From: Bacilli bacterium
Lineage (GTDB): Bacteria > Bacillota_I > Bacilli_A > RF39 > UBA660
Assembly: GCA_017484065.1 (NCBI GenBank)
Contig: JAFUTX010000009.1
Span: 23,952-87,951, forward strand
Length of the DNA stretch: 64,000 bases
Direction: 5' to 3'
Part shown: piece after piece, positions 18,177 to 27,535 of the stretch
Position numbering within the stretch: position 1 is the first letter of the stretch
How the letters are laid out: each line of letters opens with the position of its first letter
Made by a program: the position numbers and the translations under genes
Notes under the pieces: generated by a model
Told to the model about the DNA's origin: nothing
What the model saw: the letters and a program-made list of their open reading frames with translations, nothing else
Databases searched by the model: none

Positions 18177-19643
18177 TTATTTTATTTCTTTTAATTTTTC
18201 CCATATTTTAACCATAGCATAAGTATCTAATTCACAATATTTAAGTAAATTATGTCTCATAACTTCTTGTTCTTCTTTACTTAAATTACTTAAGTTAGCA
18301 TACGTATTCATAGCTTCACTACCATTATGTACTCCTTCTAGGTTGTGATAATCTAAACTTGGATCATCTTTAAATAAAGCAGGTAGTACATATTTAATTG
18401 AATAAGAACCATGCATATCTTTAGTATAGTATTCTCTATTTTTAAATGGAATCATTAAATCATACATATTATCATGAATGTTCATTAAATGTTTACTTAA
18501 GTCCGGATATATTCTAGCCAAATTTTTAATAACTGACTTTTCAAAGCTCATATTATAAGCAATTGTACATCCATCCATAGGTATATCATTAACTAAGCTT
18601 TCTGCTAATCTTCTTCTTGGATCAATACCTGCATCTGCTAAAAATTCTTTATGTTTTAAAGTACCATTTTCACTATCAATGTAATGAAGTGAATATTGAA
18701 ATGGAACTTGCATATATGGTTTTATATAATCATATTCTGGTATTGATTGTTGATATGTTTCAAAATCTAAGAAATATAAAGGATAATATAGGGTATCTAA
18801 AAAATTTTTTATACTATCTTTATTTATATAATCATCTTTATCATATAGTTCATACTCTATTTGTTGTTTGTATTTAGAATCAATATCACTATTTAATAAA
18901 TCATCATAGCTATATATTCCTTCACTATATAATTTGAATTTAGTAGAATTACGCATTAATCTTATATTAAATACATTATTTTTTGGTAAATGTTTACTAC
19001 AATATTTAAAAAATGGACAATCATATGGTTTAACACAATTAATACTTATATCATTAGGTATTTCTTCTTTATTTTCCATATATTCATTTATTTCTTTTAT
19101 TCTTGTTTTAACTTCTTCTTGTTTTAATATAATCTCATCAGTTACATCATTAATTTTAAATAGTTCTTGGAGATTTAAATCACCTATTCTTTCATAGAAA
19201 GGATTTATATGAACAATACATGCTTTAGTAACATTTAATCCTAAATTAGTTAAAACATAGTATTGATAAGCAATATCATCTTTATATATATCTTTTATTT
19301 CAGTAGAACTTTTAACTTCATATATTTCATAGTTATTATCATTCTTTTTTAAAATATCAACACTACAAAAATTATTATTATAATTAAAAGATGCTTCAGT
19401 AATAATACACTCTTTATTATTTAGTGCTTCTTTGGTATCACTTATCATTTTATTTAAGTTTTCATTAAATTCAATATCTATATACTCACCAAATAATTTT
19501 TTAGCATACTCTCCGACAAGAGATCCATTATCTAATACTGAATCGTTACTTACATCCATTTTTTCTTCTGGCTTATTCTTTTGTAACCATAACATTTTTT
19601 TACATTGGACACCATTACAATATTTCGATTTTGATAAATTCAT
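18177..19643 (-). CDS. DUF2779-family protein (putative nuclease-like with Cys cluster)
   Basis: N-terminus MNLSKSKYCNGVQCKKMLWL is characteristic of DUF2779. Later CVKPYDCPFFKYC cysteine cluster. Confidence 0.5.
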   Translation of the reverse strand: MNLSKSKYCNGVQCKKMLWLQKNKPEEKMDVSNDSVLDNGSLVGEYAKKLFGEYIDIEFNENLNKMISDTKEALNNKECIITEASFNYNNNFCSVDILKKNDNNYEIYEVKSSTEIKDIYKDDIAYQYYVLTNLGLNVTKACIVHINPFYERIGDLNLQELFKINDVTDEIILKQEEVKTRIKEINEYMENKEEIPNDISINCVKPYDCPFFKYCSKHLPKNNVFNIRLMRNSTKFKLYSEGIYSYDDLLNSDIDSKYKQQIEYELYDKDDYINKDSIKNFLDTLYYPLYFLDFETYQQSIPEYDYIKPYMQVPFQYSLHYIDSENGTLKHKEFLADAGIDPRRRLAESLVNDIPMDGCTIAYNMSFEKSVIKNLARIYPDLSKHLMNIHDNMYDLMIPFKNREYYTKDMHGSYSIKYVLPALFKDDPSLDYHNLEGVHNGSEAMNTYANLSNLSKEEQEVMRHNLLKYCELDTYAMVKIWEKLKEIK

Positions 19644-19695
19644 AACTACACCTTCTTAAAAAGAGTATAACAAAAACTTTTGTTATACTCCATAG

Positions 19696-21363
19696 TTAAT
19701 TTTGTCTCATACCTCTTCTTTGGCCACTTTGCATGTCTTGGTTATTACCACCATTTTGGTTACCTCGCATCATACCACCGCCTGGGCCACCTTGCATACC
19801 ACCATTACCACTATTAGTTACATTATCAGTTACCTCTACAGTAGTTACAACTTCACCACCAATTTCTAAATCATAACTCTTACCAGTTTCTAACTTACTA
19901 GATGATATAATTATTGAATTATATTGTTTACTTGGTTTATAAGTAATACCACCAAAGGTAAATTCGTCACTATAGTAATTTGATAGATTAATTAAAACAC
20001 TAACTTGATTTGCAGATGTAGCATTTTGAGACATGCCTGATGATCCAACAGCAATTAATGTTCCTCCAGTAATTTCCATAGTACCATTATAATCTAATGC
20101 TCCATTACCACTATTAGTTGGACCATCAACATATATTGTACCACCAGTTATTTTTATAGAACCATTACTATCTAAACCATCACCATCAGCATTTACCGAT
20201 ACATTACCACCATTAATAGTTAAATAACCATCTGTTGATGCAAACATATCCATTCTACCATTACCACCTGTATCATTACCACCAGATACGTTTACTCCAT
20301 CATCACTAGCTTTTATATTAATAGTACCATCATTGATTGTAATATCAGTAGCTTCTATACCCTCATAAGATTTAATTATGTTAATAGTTCCATTATCAAT
20401 AATTAACTTATCATCAGCATGAATACCATCATCACCACTACTTAACTCAAATGTACCATTAGTAATTGAAATACTAGCATTTGAATGAAGTGCATCATCT
20501 GTTGTATTTATAGTAAATGTACCATTTTCTATAACCATATTACTGGCAGCTTTTATACCTTTAGTACTTATTGTTGTATCAGTATTACTTGTTTTTAAAT
20601 TAAATGTTCCTCCACTAATTTTTAATGTACTGATACTATCAATAGCATCACCTTTACTAGTAATATTGATATTACCATCTATTATAGTAATAGAACCTTT
20701 TTCTTCTTCATTAGTAGTTTTAATTCCATCACCATCACTAGTAATACTTATATTACCATCATTAATTGTAATACTATCTTTTCCTCTAATTCCATCATCA
20801 CTTGTTATAATATTTAATGTACCACTATTAACTACTAAGTCATCTTTTGATACTATACCATCATAGTTACTTGTTAAATTAAGTGTGCCATCTCCTTCAA
20901 TTAATAAATTATCTTTCGAATAAATTGCTCCATCTAATTCTTCAGTAGTTGTTGATACTATTTTATTATTACCAACTAAATTAATATAAACATTTTTAGC
21001 ATTTTCTACATTAATAGCAGGTCCACTACTATTCGTAATAGAAACATTATCAAGTATTAATTTAACATTATCACTAGTATTAATAGTTATACTACCATTT
21101 TTTAAAGTACCAGTTATTGTATAAACACCTGCTTTAGTTATTGATGTATTATCACTATCTAAATTAATAGAATATTTTTCATAACTAGACCAATCAATAT
21201 TTACATCCATTTCATTATTGTTACTAACTGATTCGCTTATGCTAGTTGATGTATTTTCATCATTACTATCCTTTTTAAATATAGTAAAATATAATATTCC
21301 AGTTAAACATATAATAGCTAAAATTACTATTATAATTATTAAACTTTTTTTATTATTATTCAT
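19696..21363 (-). CDS. Membrane-anchored beta-helix carbohydrate-binding protein (Cthe_2159-like repeats)
   Basis: N-terminal TM anchor. About 20 tandem approx 22-aa repeats of the form (T/S)I(N/T)(D/G)G(T/N)(I/F)NI(T/K)S.DDG(I/V). Gly/Gln/Met-rich C-terminal tail. Confidence 0.55.
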   Translation of the reverse strand: MNNNKKSLIIIIVILAIICLTGILYFTIFKKDSNDENTSTSISESVSNNNEMDVNIDWSSYEKYSINLDSDNTSITKAGVYTITGTLKNGSITINTSDNVKLILDNVSITNSSGPAINVENAKNVYINLVGNNKIVSTTTEELDGAIYSKDNLLIEGDGTLNLTSNYDGIVSKDDLVVNSGTLNIITSDDGIRGKDSITINDGNISITSDGDGIKTTNEEEKGSITIIDGNINITSKGDAIDSISTLKISGGTFNLKTSNTDTTISTKGIKAASNMVIENGTFTINTTDDALHSNASISITNGTFELSSGDDGIHADDKLIIDNGTINIIKSYEGIEATDITINDGTINIKASDDGVNVSGGNDTGGNGRMDMFASTDGYLTINGGNVSVNADGDGLDSNGSIKITGGTIYVDGPTNSGNGALDYNGTMEITGGTLIAVGSSGMSQNATSANQVSVLINLSNYYSDEFTFGGITYKPSKQYNSIIISSSKLETGKSYDLEIGGEVVTTVEVTDNVTNSGNGGMQGGPGGGMMRGNQNGGNNQDMQSGQRRGMRQN

Positions 21364-22025
21364 TATAATTCTTGTTCAACTAAAGGATGAGTGATAGATA
21401 TTTTTAAGTTACCATTTTTTACTCTTAATTTATCTATAAACTCTTTTTCCTTTATACCTTTCTTAACATTAATATTGTATGTAAGTTCAAACATCGAACC
21501 CATATTAGTTGTTTTAGCTTGAATTAATTCATATTCATTTAAATATTTATTAAACTCATCTTTAAAACAATCTTCATAATCTAAATTTTCTGGAATTATT
21601 ATTTTTAATACTTTAGTATCTATTTTACTAGCTCCATAATTTGTAACATGTAATATCAATATCATTAAAGATACTGCTAGAGTAAATGCAACTGCAAAGC
21701 CTATATAACCTGTACCTACTGCTAGACCTACTGCCATAGCAAAGAAGACATCCATTATTTCTTTAGAATTACCTGGAATACTTCTAAATCTAACTAAAGA
21801 AAATGCTCCGACAATTGCTACTGATGTACCTAAATTACCATTTACAAGTAGTATTACCATTGTAACTAATGTAGGTAAAATAAATAATGTACTAATAAAA
21901 TTTTTATTTGATCTTGTTGTTCTCATATGTAAGAACGATATTATAAATCCTAAGATTAATGCTGTAACAATGCATATTGCAAAATTACTTAATGATAATG
22001 TTGTATCTAATATACTATTAAACAT
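21363..22025 (-). CDS. DUF4956-like membrane protein
   Basis: 220 aa. Four TM helices then a soluble C-terminal domain. Overlaps the upstream VTC-like gene, suggesting an operon. Confidence 0.45.
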   Translation of the reverse strand: MFNSILDTTLSLSNFAICIVTALILGFIISFLHMRTTRSNKNFISTLFILPTLVTMVILLVNGNLGTSVAIVGAFSLVRFRSIPGNSKEIMDVFFAMAVGLAVGTGYIGFAVAFTLAVSLMILILHVTNYGASKIDTKVLKIIIPENLDYEDCFKDEFNKYLNEYELIQAKTTNMGSMFELTYNINVKKGIKEKEFIDKLRVKNGNLKISITHPLVEQEL

Positions 22026-22740
22026 ATACTTCCTCCTTTTTGTTTTTCATGTATATTTTTCCAATTTTTGAAAACGATGTTGGATATATCTTTAACTCTG
22101 ACAAAATGTTAGTAAACCATAATGGTAATGCTCCTAAAGATTTAATTTCCATTATATATGTATTATTCTTAAAGTATTCATCTCCACTATTTCCATAATC
22201 TAATCTTAAATTATCTGTTCTACTAATCAATTTTTTATCAAAAGTTATTCTTAAATCTTTATTATCTTTATCATAATAAGAATTTCGATTATAACTTACA
22301 AAAAATTTTGGTTTTAAATCATATTTTTTAAAACAATAATCTATTTCATTCATTATCTGTTCATCTTTAATAGGTATTATTCCTTTTTCAAAATAGTCAT
22401 AAAATTCTTGTAGTGTTATTTCTATTCTTCTTTTATTAACAATATCGTTATATTTCTTTTTTATTTCTAAAAAGACAGTATCGTTTAATGATGGTATGCC
22501 ATAACTTCTTAATCTTATTTTTTCTTTATATATAGGTTTTTCTATAGAATTAATTATTAAATCATAATTATCATTATCAAAATATATATTATTGATATTA
22601 CTCTCAAAATAAGCATCTTTTTCTAAATGTTCATCAATACTATTCATTAAACTTTGATATTGTTCTTCATTTAAAAGATATTTCTTCTCTATTCTTTTAA
22701 ATATATTTATATTAATATACAATACCTCCCTTCGTTTCAA
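22018..22740 (-). CDS. VTC-domain (polyphosphate polymerase-like) protein
   Basis: N-terminal EKKYLL segment and overall size fit VTC-domain proteins, which commonly partner with DUF4956. Start codon uncertain. Confidence 0.4.
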   Translation of the reverse strand: MKRREVLYININIFKRIEKKYLLNEEQYQSLMNSIDEHLEKDAYFESNINNIYFDNDNYDLIINSIEKPIYKEKIRLRSYGIPSLNDTVFLEIKKKYNDIVNKRRIEITLQEFYDYFEKGIIPIKDEQIMNEIDYCFKKYDLKPKFFVSYNRNSYYDKDNKDLRITFDKKLISRTDNLRLDYGNSGDEYFKNNTYIMEIKSLGALPLWFTNILSELKIYPTSFSKIGKIYMKNKKEEVYV

Positions 22741-22888
22741 TAAGAATATAATCTATAAACATTGAAGTTTTATTGAAATTTTTTAAAACTATTTAATCAC
22801 TCCTTCTTCATTTGATAATTGAAGTATATTAAAGAAAGATTAAAATAAAATTGAAATTAAAAAAAATTATTCTTTTTTAGAATAACTT

Positions 22889-24037
22889 TTAAATTGTTAA
22901 TTTATATGGTTTATTTGCTGAACCATTTGAATTTGGTCCAGCTACTATTTTAACTGTTGATTTAAGGTATGCTACTGGACGAATGTCGAATAAATAATAT
23001 GATGAAGTATCGTAAATATGCCCTAAAGTATTAATATAAATTATATTAGTTGTATAATTAGCAGCTGATGTCATTGTCCATTGATGCCAACTTGAATCTA
23101 ATAACCAATCACTATTTCTGCAAGGTTCATTTGTACTACTATCCCAATTACGAAGTGCTATTGTTCTACAACTATTTCCTGATACTATTCCGCTACTTGC
23201 ATAACCATAATCACTTGGATACATTAAACCTAAATTACCTGACCATGTTATCAAATTATTGTTACCAACATTTGTTCTTTCTGCTTCATACCATTTTGAG
23301 TTTATCATTGTTGTACCATCAAAACTTCCATTGTTATTCCATGTATATCCTCCTAGATAATATGTTGCACTTTCTATTAAGTTTTTAGATATATTATTTA
23401 AACCATTAGTTGTAAAGTCAATTGCAGAGGTTGGATAATCTCGACCTTGTCCTGTAGCATATCCATGATATGCAGCATGAGTTCCATTATTGTAATAATT
23501 TGTTAATACTTCATTAATTGTACTATTTGGCCAATTATTATTATATCTTCTAGATGAACATGTATATGTTCCATCTCCATTATCTGTCCAGTTTTCATCT
23601 GCACAACTATCATAGAAAGGGAAGTTTCCTAAGCTTTCAGCTCTAATAAGTTTTACTCTACTAGCCCCATCTCCTGATACTTCTCCACCATCTATATTAT
23701 TCATTACACCAATAATGCGCCATAGTTCATTATTAAACTTAACATAATTATTCGGATTCGCTCCCATATATCTTATATTTTCATCTGGTGTATCATCTAT
23801 AAACATTGTATCAGGGTTATCTTCAACTATACTTGTTAAATACTCTACGGCATTAACTGGTTCTACTACTTTACCATTTATCATTTCATAGCTATCACTT
23901 ACTACTTCAAATTTAGCATAACTGTTGTATAGTTTTATTCCAATTACAATTAATGTTAATAAACATATACTTACTAACAATGTATTTCTTTTACGATTAT
24001 CTTTTATTCGATAATCAAATCTATGTAGGCGACTCAT
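22889..24037 (-). CDS. Membrane-anchored secreted protein, paralog A of the 49025-50179 gene
   Basis: 382 aa. Signal-anchor TM at residues 20-40. Near-identical to paralog B over the first approx 200 aa, diverged mid-region, conserved C-terminal motif PVAYLKS.VKIVAGPNS.GSA.KPYKLTI. Confidence 0.6.
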   Translation of the reverse strand: MSRLHRFDYRIKDNRKRNTLLVSICLLTLIVIGIKLYNSYAKFEVVSDSYEMINGKVVEPVNAVEYLTSIVEDNPDTMFIDDTPDENIRYMGANPNNYVKFNNELWRIIGVMNNIDGGEVSGDGASRVKLIRAESLGNFPFYDSCADENWTDNGDGTYTCSSRRYNNNWPNSTINEVLTNYYNNGTHAAYHGYATGQGRDYPTSAIDFTTNGLNNISKNLIESATYYLGGYTWNNNGSFDGTTMINSKWYEAERTNVGNNNLITWSGNLGLMYPSDYGYASSGIVSGNSCRTIALRNWDSSTNEPCRNSDWLLDSSWHQWTMTSAANYTTNIIYINTLGHIYDTSSYYLFDIRPVAYLKSTVKIVAGPNSNGSANKPYKLTI

Positions 24038-24262
24038 TGTTGTTCACCTACTAAAGTATTAGAAAGGCATCTTATTTTATTATAAAGATACCCCCCCCCT
24101 ATTGCTTAAAATCATATTTAACAACACCTTTCACTTTAAAATTCGTATATTTTTTTACACACAAATTCTATTTTTATCTAAAATAATAATATCATTACTC
24201 TCAACAAAAAACAACAAAAAAAGATATTGCAATGAGTGAATATCTTTTATATAATTATATTA
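24038..24262 (-). promoter_or_regulatory. Conserved leader cassette A with a G9-tract uORF (24115..24080, MILSNRGGVSL*)
   Basis: RBS-like GAAAGGTG 9 nt before the uORF ATG. C9 on the plus strand at 24091-24099. The same architecture recurs at 35498-35727 and 50180-50345. Confidence 0.6.
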
Positions 24263-24480
24263 GTAGAACGTTTAGGTTTCAACTAGACGGCTACATTTTG
24301 TGACCATCTAATCTAGATGGTTTTTGCAATTAATAGGATAATTATAGCTAGTAGTGCAGTCTCTAGCAACTTATGATAGAATTTATCGCTCATAAGTATC
24401 CCTCCTCTCATCAAGAAAAGTTAGGTATTACCAAAACCACCCTGAATAAGAGTAACCATCAACTAAATGTTCTGATGTTC
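24258..24480. repeat. Diverged copy of the approx 210-bp inverted-repeat element (see 35728-35936)
   Basis: Shares 5' flank ...tattgcaat...ttttatataattatatt.gtagaacg and 3' flank ...gttctgatgttctattata...aatttcaaccgattcgacaaatgttg with the two copies at 35.7-36.4 kb. Confidence 0.45.
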
Positions 24481-24613
24481 TATTATAGATAAAATATTGT
24501 GAATTTCAACCGATTCGACAAATGTTGTAATCATAAAAAAAGAAATAGCAATTGCTATCTCTTAGATATTATTCTTCAACTTATTTAATCTAAATCATTA
24601 AACATAATTGAAG

Positions 24614-24649
24614 GAAAAAATATGTACTAAATAATACCTGTGTACATAT
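24614..24649 (-). terminator. Rho-independent terminator of the YihY-like gene
   Basis: 8-bp stem ATATGTAC/GTACATAT followed by a T6 run on the minus strand, directly after the stop codon. Confidence 0.55.
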
Positions 24650-24654
24650 TAATA

Positions 24655-25500
24655 TTATTTACTATTATCTTCTTTAAATTCTTCCTTTTTTTGGTAGTTA
24701 ATCTCTTCACTATTAATAGCTATACCAACGGTTAAAGCAATTGATAATAAATAGAACCAGATCATTAATACTACAATTGTAGCTAAACTTCCATAATAAA
24801 TAGAATATCTGGCGTAATGTGTTACATAGAATGAATAAATAGCTGAAATTAATACCCATGCAAATGTTGTAAATATTGCACCCTTATTCATTTTACTACT
24901 TGGAATAGGTTCATCCGGAGCCATTGTAAATATAGTTTTAATAACAAAAAACGTTACTAGCCAATAAACAGGACCTTTTAAAATATGTAATAGCACTTGG
25001 ATATGAGTAGTAATCTCTGCTCCACCATTAACATATTTTATTAATTCTAATATTTTATTACCAAAGACTGGCACTATTAACATAAATACCAGTAACATTA
25101 TAATTATAAATATCATAAACATAGATTTAATCTTACGATATATAAAGGGTTTTTGTTCTATTTTATATAAAGTATTAGAGGTAACTATTATACTAGATGC
25201 AGCTTTACTAGCTATATAATAAGCTATTATCATTGTAATAACTATACTCGTACTTACTCCGTTACCAAACCCTTTAGATATAAATAAGCTAGCAATATCT
25301 TCATTAAACATTTTTGTAATAAAATTATACACAAAATCCATAGATAAGTGAAATAAAGAAGCAATATAAGAAAGCAAAGATATAGTAGGAACAATAGATA
25401 ATATTAAGAAAAACGCAATTTGTCCTGGTAAAACTATCATCTCTGGTCTTTTTAAGATTTTATATAACTTTTTTATTACTTCTTTAATTTTTTTCTTCAT
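24655..25500 (-). CDS. YihY/BrkB-family membrane protein
   Basis: 281 aa, 6 TM helices. Start MKKKIKEVIKKLYKILKRPEMIVLPGQIAFFLILSIVP is typical of the YihY family. Confidence 0.7.
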   Translation of the reverse strand: MKKKIKEVIKKLYKILKRPEMIVLPGQIAFFLILSIVPTISLLSYIASLFHLSMDFVYNFITKMFNEDIASLFISKGFGNGVSTSIVITMIIAYYIASKAASSIIVTSNTLYKIEQKPFIYRKIKSMFMIFIIIMLLVFMLIVPVFGNKILELIKYVNGGAEITTHIQVLLHILKGPVYWLVTFFVIKTIFTMAPDEPIPSSKMNKGAIFTTFAWVLISAIYSFYVTHYARYSIYYGSLATIVVLMIWFYLLSIALTVGIAINSEEINYQKKEEFKEDNSK

Positions 25501-27526
25501 CTTTACTCTCTTTAGTTAATTTTTTTTGACTACGCATTTCTTCTACTGCTTCATTAATAGCATCTTCAATAGTTTTAGCATTATCATTTATCATACTATA
25601 ACCTAATGCTACACCATATTCGTAGTCTAATTTATTAAATTCTTTATTTAATTTATGTAAATAGTTAGTTACTTGTTTTTGACTATAACCAATCATATAT
25701 ACTAAGAATTCATTTCCATCAGTACGCATAATATCTGTATTATCTATTTGAGTTCTAATAAGAATGTTAGCAACTGATTTAATTATTTCATCACCTTGTT
25801 CATAGCCTAAGGTATCATTAATCTTTTGTAAATCATTAATATCTACTATTAAAGTAGCTTGAGGATATATATTATTATTATTCCAATTAGTTATGTTTTC
25901 ATTTAAATAATTTCTATTTTTTAAACTTGTTAATTGGTCAATGAATTTCATTTTATCTTCTTTTTTTATTTTTTTAGCTATTTTAATTTTTTTACTCTTA
26001 TAATACAAGTACATTAGAATTAAACCAACTATAATAATTACTATGATTAAATATTTTGCAATTGTTCCTAATACAGTTCCGCTTTCAACTGTTTGGTTAT
26101 GATTTTCAACGCCTTTATAAACTAAAGTTTTATGATCTAATGTTGAAATATATGCTCCAAATAATTTATTGAATGCATTATCATATTTAGTTTTAAACAC
26201 ATATTCTTTATTAGCATAATCACTAAATCTTAAACTATAATTACTTAGTATGTTAGTTGAATAATATTCATAAGCATTATTATCCATGATTATTATTTCA
26301 TGTTTTCTAGCTAATTTCTTTAAATCACTATTATCTTCATAAGTATTTAATTTTAAATAACCATATTGTTTTAAGAATGATTCTAGTACACTATCTTTTT
26401 GTACATATACTTCTACATCGGATAAAGCTTTTAAACTGTTAACAACCTTAAAATCACTAGTGTCTGCTACTACATCAAATTTAATAGGAATATTGGATTT
26501 AATAGCATTATATTCATTAGAAGTATTAAAATAATCAAAATATAAATCTATATCTTTATCTTCAATATCATTATTAAACTTCTTTAAACTACTATATTTA
26601 TTAAAATCTATTTCTACACCACTAAAATCACTAAAATATTTTAAATATACTGCCGTTATACCACCATAATTACCACTTATTAATACTTCATATGGACTAT
26701 TGTTAATAAAACCATATTGATAATCAATACTAACCATAGCATCTAGTTCAGTTTGGCTAATATTTAATTCGTTTAAGAACAACTTTAGTTCTTGTTCATC
26801 TATACTTTTTGATAGATTATTCTCTTTCCAAACATTCAAAAATTTTCTTAATACACTACTAAAGTAATCATCACTAGTATTAAGTACATAATGTCTTTCA
26901 ATATCACTAAAATGATATACTATAGAATAATTATTTTTTAATATTACATCCATGTATTCAATTAATGGAACAATAATATAATTAATATCTTTTTGTTTGC
27001 TAAAGGCGTCAAGTAAAGCATCTTTACTGTCATATTCTGCAAATACTAAATTAGAAACATTTGTTAAATAATCACTTACATATGATAAATTACTGTTTAA
27101 TAAACCAATCTTTTTACCATTAATATTTCTTTCTTCGTTAATTAGCTCATATTCCTTACTTACTAAAACATAATGGTCATTATAAAACTCGTATTGATTA
27201 TCATTGATTTCATTTACTACAGATAATCCAACACCATCACTAGACTCTCCGTTATTAAATGTTACAGGATTTAAATCTAGACTGTATTCTTTTTCAAAAT
27301 CTTCTATAAAAGTATAGAAAACACCAACACCTTCATTGCCAAATATGTTTTCGTTATTTAAAACATTTATATTTTGAACTTTAGCACTGTTGTCAGTTAT
27401 CCATCTTTTTTCTGCTGATGTTATTTTATTTTCATCACTTAATACATTATAAATAATTATACCAACAATTATAATAAATACCATAGATATTATTGATATT
27501 ATTTTTGTTTTTTTATTATTTTTCAT
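25484..27526 (-). CDS. Membrane sensor with extracytoplasmic domain and C-terminal degenerate GGDEF domain
   Basis: N-terminal TM, about 450-aa extracellular region, second TM, then a GGDEF fold (DQLTSLKNRNYL ... RTDGNEF) in which the GG(D/E)EF motif reads DGNEF. Confidence 0.65.
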   Translation of the reverse strand: MKNNKKTKIISIISMVFIIIVGIIIYNVLSDENKITSAEKRWITDNSAKVQNINVLNNENIFGNEGVGVFYTFIEDFEKEYSLDLNPVTFNNGESSDGVGLSVVNEINDNQYEFYNDHYVLVSKEYELINEERNINGKKIGLLNSNLSYVSDYLTNVSNLVFAEYDSKDALLDAFSKQKDINYIIVPLIEYMDVILKNNYSIVYHFSDIERHYVLNTSDDYFSSVLRKFLNVWKENNLSKSIDEQELKLFLNELNISQTELDAMVSIDYQYGFINNSPYEVLISGNYGGITAVYLKYFSDFSGVEIDFNKYSSLKKFNNDIEDKDIDLYFDYFNTSNEYNAIKSNIPIKFDVVADTSDFKVVNSLKALSDVEVYVQKDSVLESFLKQYGYLKLNTYEDNSDLKKLARKHEIIIMDNNAYEYYSTNILSNYSLRFSDYANKEYVFKTKYDNAFNKLFGAYISTLDHKTLVYKGVENHNQTVESGTVLGTIAKYLIIVIIIVGLILMYLYYKSKKIKIAKKIKKEDKMKFIDQLTSLKNRNYLNENITNWNNNNIYPQATLIVDINDLQKINDTLGYEQGDEIIKSVANILIRTQIDNTDIMRTDGNEFLVYMIGYSQKQVTNYLHKLNKEFNKLDYEYGVALGYSMINDNAKTIEDAINEAVEEMRSQKKLTKESKDEEKN

Positions 27527-27535
27527 AAACTATCA

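Noticed and set aside
24091-24099. The C9 tract as a promoter-spacer (-35/-10) phase-variation site
   Set aside because: A TATAAT lies 17 nt downstream of the tract start in copy A, but no convincing -35 is present and copies B and C do not conserve a -10 at that position. The uORF plus coupling architecture is conserved in all three. Transcriptional effects are not excluded.
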